NCBI GenBank assembly: GCA_946414095.1
Contig: CAMKNB010000002.1
Span: 13,240-77,239, forward strand
Origin: an uncultured Mycoplasmatota bacterium
Lineage (GTDB): Bacteria; Bacillota_I; Bacilli_A; RF39; UBA660
Direction: 5' to 3'
DNA: 64,000 nt
Part shown: one piece after another, positions 31,197 through 40,859 of the stretch
How the letters are laid out: each line of letters begins with the position of its first letter
Numbering within the stretch: the stretch's first letter is position 1
Translations under genes and position numbers: made by a program
The notes under the pieces: model-generated
Databases searched by the model: none
The model's input: only the letters and a program-made list of their open reading frames with translations
Told to the model about the DNA's origin: nothing

Positions 31197-32074
31197 TAAA
31201 TGATTTAAATAAAATTTGTACAGTAAAAGAAGATGTAGATTTAAAAGACTATAATACATTTAGATTGGAATCAAAATGTATGGCGATGGTTTTTCCTGAT
31301 AATTTTGAAGGATTGTTAGAAACTATTGAGATATTAAAAAAACATAAAGCATCTTATTTTGTAATTGGTAATGGATCAAATATAATATTACCTGAGTATT
31401 ATGATGGAGTAATTATTAATTTATCTAATTTCAATAAATATGAAATAAAAAATGATATACTTACTGCAGATTGTGGATGTATGTTAAATAATCTTGCTAG
31501 TAAAGTAACTAATCTTGGTTACGCTGGTTTGGATTTTGCTACTGGAATTCCTGGTACAATTGGTGGAAGCATATATGGCAATGCGGGTTGTTTTGGTAGT
31601 TCAATGTCTAATGTGGTAGAAAGTGTTACTATTTTTGATGGAAAAGAAGTTAAAATAATAAAAAATTCAGATATGAAATTTGGATATAGAACTTCAATTG
31701 TAAAAGAAAGCAATAATAATTGGATAATACTATCATGTACAATTAAACTTACTAAAGGTGACAAGGATGAATTAAAGGCATTAGTTTTAGAGCGAACAAA
31801 TAAAAGATTAGCAACTCAAGATTTAAAACATCCATCAAATGGAAGTATGTTTAGAAATCCTGAAGGGTATGCCGCTGGAAAATTAATTGATGATTTAGGA
31901 CTAAAGGGATATAAAATAGGCGATGCAATGGTTAGCAATATTCATGCAAACTTTATAATTAATGATGGACATGCTACAAGTAAGGATATAATTAAATTAG
32001 TAAATAAAATTAAAAGAGATGTTAAAAAGACTTATAATATAGATTTAGTTTTAGAACAAGAAATTATTAAGTGA
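31193..32074 (+). CDS. murB: UDP-N-acetylenolpyruvoylglucosamine reductase
   Basis: GNGSN, GIPGTIGG...NAG, GSMFRNP, HANFIIN. Confidence 0.96.
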   Translation: MINDLNKICTVKEDVDLKDYNTFRLESKCMAMVFPDNFEGLLETIEILKKHKASYFVIGNGSNIILPEYYDGVIINLSNFNKYEIKNDILTADCGCMLNNLASKVTNLGYAGLDFATGIPGTIGGSIYGNAGCFGSSMSNVVESVTIFDGKEVKIIKNSDMKFGYRTSIVKESNNNWIILSCTIKLTKGDKDELKALVLERTNKRLATQDLKHPSNGSMFRNPEGYAAGKLIDDLGLKGYKIGDAMVSNIHANFIINDGHATSKDIIKLVNKIKRDVKKTYNIDLVLEQEIIK

Positions 32075-32157
32075 CAATTTTGTCACTTTTTTTGTAAAAT
32101 TAAATCATATAATAAAAAAATACTATTATTTGATATATAATTATTTTAGGTGATAAC

Positions 32158-33402
32158 ATGAAAAAGTGTATAAAATTATTGTTTGGATTATTATTCTTTA
32201 GTTTTTTTGTACCTTATATTTATGCTGACTCTTATGGTTTTTATATTGATACAGATACAAAAGAAGTAAAAAGTGGTGGAATAGTTAAGGTTAATGTATA
32301 TGTTGATTCTATTTCAGAAAATGGAGAATCTATAGATTATTTTAATACAGGTATTGCATTTGATAAAAATGTATTTGAACTTGCTAATGATTCAAGTGAT
32401 TTTGAAGTTAAGAAAGATTGGTTTGTAGGCGAATTAAAGAAACTAGATGAAGGTGTCTTCTTTAATGTATTTTCATATAAAGATGCATATGTTTATGATG
32501 AAGGGTGGTCAATATATGGAGATGGTAAATATGATTTACTTGTTTCAAATATTAAGCTTAGAGTAAAAGATGTTGAAAATCAAACAGCTAGTATTTATGT
32601 TACAACTGGATATGATGATGAGGGTGATGAAAGACAAGTATACTATGATACTAGTGTTAATATAAAAATAAACAATAGTTTAAAAGAAAAAGATAATGAC
32701 ACTTTACTTAGTACATTTGAAATAGATGGAGTAGAATTAGACCCTAAATTTAATAAAGAGATAACAGATTACTATGCAAAAGTACCATATGATAAAGAAA
32801 GTGTAGTTATTGACTGTACATGTGAGGGAAATTACTGTGAAACTGATAATCAAAAAGATTATCCATTAGAAGTTGGATATAATAATATTAAAATAACGGT
32901 AAAGGCGGAAGATGAAAGTACTAGAGTTTATTCATTTGTAATTATTAGAGAAGGTAAGAGCGATGATTCAAGTCTAGCTAGTATTACACTTAAAGATATG
33001 CTAGGAAGTCCAATAAAATTTGATTTTAATCCTAAAGTAGTAAAGTATGATATTAATGTTAAAAATGTTATAAATAAAGTTTCTTATACAAGTATTTGTT
33101 CTGGAGTTAATTGTTCTATTGATAACGAAACAGGAGAAAAAGAATTAATTGTTGGAAAAAATGAATTAATTATAACAGTAACAGCAGAAGATGGAAATAC
33201 AACTAAATATACATTTAATATTGAAAGAGAAGAAGAAGAAAAAAGTTTTATTGAAAAGAACTTAATATTAATAGTAATTATTATAGTATTAGTAATAGGA
33301 ATTATAGTCACAGTAATACTCCTTATTAAAAATAACAAAAAACAAGATCAAATGATTGACCTTATTGATGAAGAAGATGAAAATGAAAAAATAGAAGAAT
33401 AA
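32158..33402 (+). CDS. Surface protein: signal peptide, cohesin-like domain, two cadherin-like beta-sandwich repeats, C-terminal TM
   Basis: L.VG.N...ITV.AED..T..Y.F.I.RE repeated twice. Confidence 0.78.
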   Translation: MKKCIKLLFGLLFFSFFVPYIYADSYGFYIDTDTKEVKSGGIVKVNVYVDSISENGESIDYFNTGIAFDKNVFELANDSSDFEVKKDWFVGELKKLDEGVFFNVFSYKDAYVYDEGWSIYGDGKYDLLVSNIKLRVKDVENQTASIYVTTGYDDEGDERQVYYDTSVNIKINNSLKEKDNDTLLSTFEIDGVELDPKFNKEITDYYAKVPYDKESVVIDCTCEGNYCETDNQKDYPLEVGYNNIKITVKAEDESTRVYSFVIIREGKSDDSSLASITLKDMLGSPIKFDFNPKVVKYDINVKNVINKVSYTSICSGVNCSIDNETGEKELIVGKNELIITVTAEDGNTTKYTFNIEREEEEKSFIEKNLILIVIIIVLVIGIIVTVILLIKNNKKQDQMIDLIDEEDENEKIEE

Positions 33403-33421
33403 AAAAAGTCATTTAAATGAC

Positions 33422-33589
33422 TTATTTATTCTTTTTATTTGTTCTAATTTCTTTAGTAGATAATCTAACTTTTTTACCATCAACTATTGTAGCTTGTAAA
33501 TTTACTTTTTGAGTTTTTTTAGTAGCCTTTTCTGAAAAAGGTCTATTTTGAGAACTCATATTTTTTCTATTTGATACATTTTTTGCCAT
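33422..33589 (-). CDS. rpmB: 50S ribosomal protein L28 (55 aa, Cys-free)
   Basis: MAKNVSNRKNMSSQNRPFSEKATKKTQKVNLQ...VRLSTKEIRT; AGAGGAGG RBS; absent from the ORF track. Confidence 0.85.
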   Translation of the reverse strand: MAKNVSNRKNMSSQNRPFSEKATKKTQKVNLQATIVDGKKVRLSTKEIRTNKKNK

Positions 33590-33716
33590 ATTATAACTTG
33601 CCTCCTCTTTTTAAGCCAAATATAATTTAACATAATTTTTCACTTAAGTAAAGCAAAAATTGACTTTTTAGTGTTTTTTTGGTATAATATTCACGAATTT
33701 AAGGGGGACTTTAAAT

Positions 33717-34571
33717 ATGAAAAAAGAGAAAAAAAGATACTTTTTAATAGAATATTATGATTCAATTAGAACTAAAACTGTTTCTTCTTATGAGAAAGTA
33801 TTATATTTTCTTCATGAAATAAAGAAATATAATAACAGAAAAACTAGTAAATATTTATTTGGTAATGTTGAAATTATAAAACTTGAAAATGAATATTTAA
33901 TGCAAGCACATGTTTATAGAAAGTATACGGATAGATTAACAATTAGTGAAATAGATAGTTTAACATCATCTCTTAGTGAAAAAGAACTTGCTAGTATGTT
34001 TAAAGATAAATCTAAAATGATTGATGGTGCAGAGCCTGATATAAATATAGCTTATTTTGAAACACAAGATAAAGATGAGAATGGTAGAACAAAATTTGAA
34101 AGAGGTATTAAATATTTACCAGTATTATATAAAGAAGATTTAAAATATATGGATAAACAATACATAAAAGAGTGTTTGTATTATCATGCTAGTACAAGAG
34201 ATTTTGATTTCTTTAGAGACTTAGCTAATGAATTTAGTTTTTATCATTTTATTGGTGATGAAATAGATAAATTAAGAAGCGTAAATGATAAGTGTGAAAA
34301 CCAAGGATATGACTTAAATCAGTTATATATAGCAGCAAATAAATTATATGAAAAATTTATTTGTGAGTATGAAAAAGATGAAAGTCTATCTAGAGACAAA
34401 GATGGTAAATATATTATTAGTAGAAGAAGACTAAGAGACTTTGGATTCTTTATTAAAAATTATAATATTAGAGATGTAAAAAGAAAGTCACCATTTGTTT
34501 ATAATAAGCCACTTCCAAAACCTGAATATATTGAAGAAGAAAGTGGACAATTAAAATTAAGATTAAAATAA
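33717..34571 (+). CDS. Hypothetical protein
   Basis: 284-aa ORF with promoter TTGACT-N17-TATAAT and AAGGGGG RBS. Confidence 0.75.
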   Translation: MKKEKKRYFLIEYYDSIRTKTVSSYEKVLYFLHEIKKYNNRKTSKYLFGNVEIIKLENEYLMQAHVYRKYTDRLTISEIDSLTSSLSEKELASMFKDKSKMIDGAEPDINIAYFETQDKDENGRTKFERGIKYLPVLYKEDLKYMDKQYIKECLYYHASTRDFDFFRDLANEFSFYHFIGDEIDKLRSVNDKCENQGYDLNQLYIAANKLYEKFICEYEKDESLSRDKDGKYIISRRRLRDFGFFIKNYNIRDVKRKSPFVYNKPLPKPEYIEEESGQLKLRLK

Positions 34572-34587
34572 TTAAAAAGATATATAT

Positions 34588-34594
34588 TTCGACA
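34588..34594 (-). promoter_or_regulatory. Spo0A box upstream of spoIIGA
   Basis: TTCGACA, the reverse complement of consensus TGTCGAA, 21 nt upstream of a TACAAT -10 (34616-34621). Confidence 0.7.
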
Positions 34595-34637
34595 AAAAAT
34601 ATATATCTTTTTTTGTACAATAAAAAAGGTGATTAAA

Positions 34638-35360
34638 ATGATATATATAGATGAATTAATTATTTTGAATTTTATTATTGATTATATTTTACTTTATAGT
34701 TTATCAGAACTATTAAAAATAAATACTAGAAGATATAAATTATTTTTATCATCTTTAATAGGAGAATTATCACTGATAACATTACTATTAAAAATTAACA
34801 ATTATCTATCATTTGCATTAAATATTATTGTTAGTTTAATAATGATTTCTATTGCTTTTGGATATAATGATATAAAAACTCTTATAAAAAACACTATTTA
34901 TTTTTATATAATTAATTTTTTTATAGGTGGAACTTTATTTTATTTTAAGAATGAAAATTTAATTAAATATAAATATGTATTATTATTGATTCCATTTTTT
35001 ATGAAAATTTATAAATATTTTGCATATAATTTAAAGAATATATTTTCTTTAAAACATAAAGTTACAATATATTTGAATAATGGTAAAGTATTATATCTAA
35101 ATGGTTATATGGATACAGCAAATACATTAATAGAGCCATATCAAAATAAAAAAGTGATAATAATTAATAAAAAAGTAAATGAAAACTTTTTTTATGTTCC
35201 ATATAAAACGATTGATAATACTTCACTTATAAAGTGTTTTAATCCAAAAAGGGTATATATTGATGGACTAGGTGAGAGAAATGACATATGTATTGGAATA
35301 ATTAATCAAAAATTTATAGGTTATAATTGTTTATTAAATTATAAATTGATGGAGGAATAA
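34638..35360 (+). CDS. spoIIGA: Pro-sigma-E processing aspartic protease
   Basis: IYID....NF..DY, 5 TM, DTAN.L.EP active site; coupled to sigE. Confidence 0.9.
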   Translation: MIYIDELIILNFIIDYILLYSLSELLKINTRRYKLFLSSLIGELSLITLLLKINNYLSFALNIIVSLIMISIAFGYNDIKTLIKNTIYFYIINFFIGGTLFYFKNENLIKYKYVLLLIPFFMKIYKYFAYNLKNIFSLKHKVTIYLNNGKVLYLNGYMDTANTLIEPYQNKKVIIINKKVNENFFYVPYKTIDNTSLIKCFNPKRVYIDGLGERNDICIGIINQKFIGYNCLLNYKLMEE

Positions 35361-36040
35361 TGATAGAAAAAATACTAGATAAATTTTTTAAAAATGATGG
35401 AGTATTCTTTGTAGGAAGTACTGATATTTTGCCACCACCTCTTTCTAAAAGTGAAGAAGAAGATTTGGTAAGAAAATCTAATATAGGGGACTTAAAAGCA
35501 AGAAATAAACTTATTGAACATAATTTAAGATTAGTAGTTTTTCTTTCTAAAAAATATGATAATACAATGTATGATTTAGAAGATTTAGTTAGTATTGGAA
35601 CTATAGGATTAATAAAGGCTATAAAAACATATAAATTAGATAAAAATATAAAATTAGCTACTTATGCATCTAGATGTATTGATAATGAGATATTAATGTT
35701 TCTAAGAAAAAATAAAAAAAGAATGAGTGAAGTTAGTTTTGAAGATTCAATAAATTTTGATAATGAAGGAAATGAACTTAAAATAGAAGATGTGTTTGGA
35801 ACAGAAGATGATATAGTAGAAAAATCTATTGAAAGTAAAGATAACAAATTGTTACTTGAAGATGAAATAAAAAGATTAAATAAAAGAGATAGAGAAATAA
35901 TAGAAGAAAGATATGGACTATTTGGTAAAAAAGAACTTACTCAAAAAGAACTTGCTTGTAAATTAGATATTTCTCAATCATATATTTCTAGAATTGAAAA
36001 AAAGGTAATAGGTAAATTAAAAACTTTAATGAAAATATGA
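35360..36040 (+). CDS. sigE: Sporulation sigma factor E (pro-form)
   Basis: LPPPL, EHNLRLVV, KLATYASRCIDNEILM, ISQSYISRIEK. Confidence 0.95.
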   Translation: MIEKILDKFFKNDGVFFVGSTDILPPPLSKSEEEDLVRKSNIGDLKARNKLIEHNLRLVVFLSKKYDNTMYDLEDLVSIGTIGLIKAIKTYKLDKNIKLATYASRCIDNEILMFLRKNKKRMSEVSFEDSINFDNEGNELKIEDVFGTEDDIVEKSIESKDNKLLLEDEIKRLNKRDREIIEERYGLFGKKELTQKELACKLDISQSYISRIEKKVIGKLKTLMKI

Positions 36041-36141
36041 ATATTTAATTCATATTTTTTTAATTTATATCTTGTTTTTACTTACATTATTGTGATAAAA
36101 TTGATAATAGAATAGACATTGAGGTGTGGAGGTTATTTTTT

Positions 36142-37842
36142 ATGGCAAAAAACTATGATGATTATGGCTATGAAAAAAGCTATAGAAGTAGTGGCTCAAG
36201 TATATTTAAAAGAATTCTTATTGTATTAATGGTTTTAGTTGCTATTATATTAATATTCTTTTTGATTAAGGGTTGCACTAAGAAGAAAGAAAACAAAAAA
36301 GAAGAGGTTAAATTTGATTATGAATCAGTATTATTAGAAGCAGGCAAAACATATTTTGGAAATAATATTGATGAAGCTCCAAATGCTCCAGGTGAGTGTT
36401 CTGTTGTTGAACTTCAATCATTAATTAACTATAATTTAGTAGATCCAAACAAATTTGGAAATTGTAATGTTACTACTACATATGTAAGAACATGTATTCT
36501 AGATGATGGTACAAGACATTATACACCATGGTTAGTTTGTACAGAAAAAAATTCTGAAACAGAGTATTCAGACTTAGTTGAAGGAACTACTAGTCAAGTT
36601 ATTCCAAATCAAACTTATACAGAATTTAAGTTCTTACCACAAGTTGTTAAACAAGGTGGTGAAAGATATGGTGATGTTGAAGAATTATGGCAGGATGAAA
36701 TTACTTATCCATCATTTAAAACATTAGCTTCAACAACTTACTATAGATATAGAGATAAATTATTTACTTGGAATTTAACAAAGAGAACATATTATTCTAG
36801 AAAGGGAGAACAAACAAAAGCAAGTAATGTTAATGATTACTATACAACTTCTCCTGCAAGTGGATATAACAAAACAAGTAATAAAACTACAGAAGCTTAT
36901 AAATGGTATACAACAACTTCTGAAAAAGTTTATTACTCAAAGAATGGAGCTAAAATGCCAAGTGTAACAGAACCAGATGGATATCCAAATAGAGATCCAC
37001 AAGGAATTGATGTTACAAGATATAGAACAAGAACAGTTACTAGTACATTTAAACCAACTAAATATTATGTTTGTGCAACTAGTGCTAGTTCACCAATTTA
37101 TGTTTATCAACCAAATACTGAATGTGGAAAAGGAACAAATAAATCTTACAATTATCAAAGAGAAATAGTTTATAGCTGTGTTGACGGTTCAACCTCAACA
37201 GATATGGTTATTCAAAATATAGTACCAAATGCAAATTATAATTGTAAAAAATATTCTGCTTGGTCAGATGTTACAGAAAAGAAATGTACAGGAGCAAGCG
37301 ATGTATGTCAAAGTGTTACATTAACATTCTATTATTGGTATAAATTACAAGGTGGAGTAAATACTTATTATCCATCAGGTGCTAATAAAGCAAGCGGTGA
37401 AAAAGTATATTATATAGAAGCTCCTATTAAAGGCGCAATTAAAGATAAATCAACTAAAACAACTGCTTATAAGTGGTATAAGGAAAGTAAAACTACTACA
37501 ACCAAGTATACTGCTCTTCCACCATCTGGATATTATTCAGCAACTAAGTCAAATGAATATAATTGGTCAGATTGGTCAGATTGGAGTACTAAGAATCCAA
37601 AAGTTAGTGATGGAAGAAGTAGAACAATTGAGAAGAGAGTAAAAATTAAACTACAACAAAATCTTGGAAGTGAAGCTAGCGGATGGGAAAGCTTAACATC
37701 AAGTTACTTAACAGAGAATGAAATGATAAATCTATTTAAGGAAAAAGGATATAAAATAGAAACTTTAGAAGATATTACTAACAATGGTGAAACTAAATAC
37801 GAGTTACAACTATATATTAGAAATAAAAAGGAGACTAATTAA
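36142..37842 (+). CDS. Membrane-anchored Tyr/Thr/Cys-rich surface protein with a pilin-like proximal domain
   Basis: N-terminal TM; EAGKTYFGNN...LQSLINYNLV; repeated AYKWY, YRxR and WSDW motifs. Confidence 0.75.
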   Translation: MAKNYDDYGYEKSYRSSGSSIFKRILIVLMVLVAIILIFFLIKGCTKKKENKKEEVKFDYESVLLEAGKTYFGNNIDEAPNAPGECSVVELQSLINYNLVDPNKFGNCNVTTTYVRTCILDDGTRHYTPWLVCTEKNSETEYSDLVEGTTSQVIPNQTYTEFKFLPQVVKQGGERYGDVEELWQDEITYPSFKTLASTTYYRYRDKLFTWNLTKRTYYSRKGEQTKASNVNDYYTTSPASGYNKTSNKTTEAYKWYTTTSEKVYYSKNGAKMPSVTEPDGYPNRDPQGIDVTRYRTRTVTSTFKPTKYYVCATSASSPIYVYQPNTECGKGTNKSYNYQREIVYSCVDGSTSTDMVIQNIVPNANYNCKKYSAWSDVTEKKCTGASDVCQSVTLTFYYWYKLQGGVNTYYPSGANKASGEKVYYIEAPIKGAIKDKSTKTTAYKWYKESKTTTTKYTALPPSGYYSATKSNEYNWSDWSDWSTKNPKVSDGRSRTIEKRVKIKLQQNLGSEASGWESLTSSYLTENEMINLFKEKGYKIETLEDITNNGETKYELQLYIRNKKETN

Positions 37843-37844
37843 TT

Positions 37845-39515
37845 ATGGAAGATTTTCAAAATTTAAAAAATGAATTTGAAGCTCTTAAAAACAGTTTAAG
37901 TGGTAGAAATATCGATGAAATTGGAATAATAGAGTTAAGAAGAATTAAAGGCGACTTAGAAAGACTTCATGCTAGAAATCTTGAGGTACAAGAAAATTTA
38001 AGATTCGATAGAACTATCGATACTGCAGATTTAGTTAGCATTCTAAATGATGGTGATAAATTATATGATGAAATGGCAAACTTATTAAGACCAGTTTCAG
38101 AAACAGTTAAAGCAAAAGCCACATTAGGAATGTCTAAAGTTAGAACTCGTAGAGATTTAGTTAATGCTAGAACTAGAAATCAAGAACTAATCAATATGTT
38201 TACTTCAAATCTTGAAAGAGTAAAAGAACTTTCTAAAAATATTAGTGATGAGACTGTAAAAAAATTATATGATCAAAATATAACTAATCTTCAAGAAAAT
38301 ATAAATAGATTAAGCGAAGTTGATGCTTACTATGCAGGATTAATTGCTAATTTAGATAAAGAAATTGAAATTCTTAGATTTGGTGGAAAGGTTCCGGAAT
38401 TAGAAAATATTGAAGAAGAAACAAAAGGTATTTCTAAGGAAGAAGAAGAAGCATTAAAGAAAAAAGCTGAAGAAGAAAAAGCTTCAACTGAAGAAAAACC
38501 TTCTACAAAAGAAGAGGATTCAGATGAATTAAAAATGCAACCTAGAAGTGCTTTTGGATTGGAAGATAAAGAAGAACCTTCAAATGGAGAAAATACATCA
38601 ACTGAAGAAGAGCCTTCAACAAAAGAAGAAGATTCAGATGAATTAAAAATGCAGCCTAGAAGTGCTTTTGGATTGGAAGATAAAGAAGAACCTAAAGAAG
38701 AAAATAAAGAAGAAAATAAAGAAGAAAATCCTTCTACAGAGGAAAATAAAGAAGAAGAAAAATCTTCTGGTGAAGAACCTAAAGAAGAAAATCCTTCTGC
38801 TGATGAAAATAAAGATAAAGAAGAACCAAAAGATGATGAAGAAGTTGTTGATGCTGTTGTTAAGCAACCTAAATCAACTTTATGGCAAAAACTTCAACCA
38901 ATTATTGAGGGTGTAAAAGTATTCTTATTAACTGCTATTGCTGTGCATACTGGTCTTGGAGCACATGCATTAATAAATAATAATAATAATAATAATATTG
39001 AAACAACTACTGAAACTGAGAATGATAAAACTACTGATGATGAGCAAGACAAAGAACAAAAGGACGATCAAGAAAGTCATGACCAAGATGATAATCATGA
39101 ATTGCCTCCATCTCCATCTCCATCACCAGATAAAGGTGATCAAGGACAAGGAGAGAGTTCACAACAAGAAGAAGAGAAAATTACAATAGAACTAGCTCCA
39201 GGAGAAGTTGCATTTAATGCTGAAACTGGAGTAGAAATAAATAATGCTGGAAATGCTGTTGTTCATAATCAAGATGGTACTACAGAAAGACTAACGGATA
39301 GAACTCTAGAACAAACTGATCATGGTACATCTATTGTAACTGGTTCTGATCTTGAAAATACTGGTGCAGTAGTAGTTGGAACTTTACCAAGAACTGGACA
39401 AGAAATTACAGAAGAACAAGCAAGAGCCAATATGAATACTCAAGAAGAAGCTAACTTTAATGAAGCATTAGGTCAAGCTTTTCAAGATTTCTTCTCTAAT
39501 GGACCAACATTATAA
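37845..39515 (+). CDS. Acidic low-complexity protein: coiled-coil N-terminus, internal duplication, one hydrophobic segment
   Basis: 556-aa ORF directly after the upstream gene. Confidence 0.75.
   Translation: MEDFQNLKNEFEALKNSLSGRNIDEIGIIELRRIKGDLERLHARNLEVQENLRFDRTIDTADLVSILNDGDKLYDEMANLLRPVSETVKAKATLGMSKVRTRRDLVNARTRNQELINMFTSNLERVKELSKNISDETVKKLYDQNITNLQENINRLSEVDAYYAGLIANLDKEIEILRFGGKVPELENIEEETKGISKEEEEALKKKAEEEKASTEEKPSTKEEDSDELKMQPRSAFGLEDKEEPSNGENTSTEEEPSTKEEDSDELKMQPRSAFGLEDKEEPKEENKEENKEENPSTEENKEEEKSSGEEPKEENPSADENKDKEEPKDDEEVVDAVVKQPKSTLWQKLQPIIEGVKVFLLTAIAVHTGLGAHALINNNNNNNIETTTETENDKTTDDEQDKEQKDDQESHDQDDNHELPPSPSPSPDKGDQGQGESSQQEEEKITIELAPGEVAFNAETGVEINNAGNAVVHNQDGTTERLTDRTLEQTDHGTSIVTGSDLENTGAVVVGTLPRTGQEITEEQARANMNTQEEANFNEALGQAFQDFFSNGPTL
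38484..38693 (+). repeat. Intragenic tandem duplication, 114-bp period (38 aa)
   Basis: STEExPSTKEEDSDELKMQPRSAFGLEDKEEP occurs twice. Confidence 0.9.
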
Positions 39516-39534
39516 TTTTTAGGAGGAAAAAAGA

Positions 39535-39774
39535 ATGGAAAATTTAACAAATCAAGTATTAGATTTAGCAAATGGAAAAAAATATTTTGTATTAAGACAA
39601 GCAGTTTATAAAGGTGTTACATATTTCTTAGGAGCTGAACTTTCAGAAGATGAAGAAAATTTCACAAATGAATTTGCTTTCTTAGAACGTGTTGGTAATG
39701 AGGGTTTGAAAATTAAAAAGGTAACTGATCCTTCTATAATTGAAGTTTTGGCAAAAAATATTAAAATAGATTAA
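39535..39774 (+). CDS. Small hypothetical protein (DUF1292-like)
   Basis: AGGAGG RBS; NGKKYFVL....YKG.TYFL pattern. Confidence 0.65.
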   Translation: MENLTNQVLDLANGKKYFVLRQAVYKGVTYFLGAELSEDEENFTNEFAFLERVGNEGLKIKKVTDPSIIEVLAKNIKID

Positions 39775-39788
39775 TGAATAAAAATAAT

Positions 39789-39825
39789 AAATTCCTTTCA
39801 ATATAATATAGAAAGGAATTTTTTT
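39789..39825 (+). promoter_or_regulatory. Hairpin sequestering the sigG RBS (may also act as a terminator)
   Basis: AAATTCCTTTC pairs with GAAAGGAATTT and is followed by a T-run. Confidence 0.75.
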
Positions 39826-40596
39826 ATGGCGAAAAATAGAGTAGAAATAAATGGTATTAATACTGGAAAATTAAATGTTCTTAATCATAATGAAATGTTA
39901 GATTTATTTCAACAGTTAAAAAGTGGTAATAAAGCTGCTAAAAATAAGTTAATAGAAGGCAATTTAAAGTTAGTTTTAAGCATTTTAAGAAAGTATCAAA
40001 ATAAGTGCGATAATTTAGATGATTTATTTCAAATTGGTGTTGTTGGTCTTATAAAAGCTGTTGATAATTTTGATTTATCATTTGGTGTTAAATTTAGTAC
40101 TTATGCTGTATTAATGATTGAAGGTGAAATAAAAAGATATTTAAGAGATGATGATAGTATTAGGATATCAAGAAGTATTAAAGAATTATCTTATCAAGTT
40201 GTAAGTTATAGGGAAGACTACTTAAGTAAGTATTATAAATACCCAACTAATGAAGAAGTATGTAAATATTTTAATATTAGTGAATATGAATTATATAATG
40301 TTTTAAGTTCTCTTACAGATACTGTAAGTATTTTTGAACCAATATTTAATGATAATGGAGATGCTGTCTATCTAATAGATCAAATTGAAGATAAAAGTGT
40401 TAAAGATTTGGATAATTTACTAGCTTTAAGGGAAGCATTATCCAAAATAAAAGATAGGGAAAAAACAATTATTATGAAAAGGTATATCGATGGATTGTCA
40501 CAATCTGAAATAGCTTCAATGCTAAATATAAGTCAAGCACAAGTATCAAGAATAGAAAATAATGCATTAGATAGTATTAAAAAGCTAATTTTATAA
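39826..40596 (+). CDS. sigG: Sporulation sigma factor G
   Basis: NRVEINGINTGKL N-terminus, DDLFQIG, FSTYAV, ISQAQVSRIE; ylmC follows. Confidence 0.93.
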   Translation: MAKNRVEINGINTGKLNVLNHNEMLDLFQQLKSGNKAAKNKLIEGNLKLVLSILRKYQNKCDNLDDLFQIGVVGLIKAVDNFDLSFGVKFSTYAVLMIEGEIKRYLRDDDSIRISRSIKELSYQVVSYREDYLSKYYKYPTNEEVCKYFNISEYELYNVLSSLTDTVSIFEPIFNDNGDAVYLIDQIEDKSVKDLDNLLALREALSKIKDREKTIIMKRYIDGLSQSEIASMLNISQAQVSRIENNALDSIKKLIL

Positions 40597-40607
40597 TATA
40601 ATTTAAT

Positions 40608-40838
40608 ATGAAATTATCAGAGTTACAAAGAAAAGATATTATTAATATAAAAGATGGAAAAAAAATAGGTAAAATAGTTGATGTTGAATTTGATATTAAA
40701 TCTGGATATATGATTCATTTTGTTATAGAAAAATATAATTTTGTTAGAAGTTTATTTTCTACTACAGATGATTTAACAATTAAATTTACTCAAATAAAAA
40801 AATTAGGTGAAGATGTAATACTAATAGATATATCTTAA
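40608..40838 (+). CDS. ylmC: YlmC/YmxH PRC-barrel sporulation protein
   Basis: KLSELQ.KDIINI.DGKKIG.I.D...IKKLGEDVILI. Confidence 0.9.
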   Translation: MKLSELQRKDIINIKDGKKIGKIVDVEFDIKSGYMIHFVIEKYNFVRSLFSTTDDLTIKFTQIKKLGEDVILIDIS

Positions 40839-40859
40839 ATAATTTGATAAAATAATAAT

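Noticed and set aside
38972-38996. (AAT)n microsatellite encoding poly-Asn
   Set aside because: In-frame triplet repeat in a low-complexity linker; it cannot cause phase variation
38643-39189. Alternative-frame K/I-rich and F-rich ORFs
   Set aside because: Frame shadows of the Glu/Lys-rich low-complexity gene at 37845-39515
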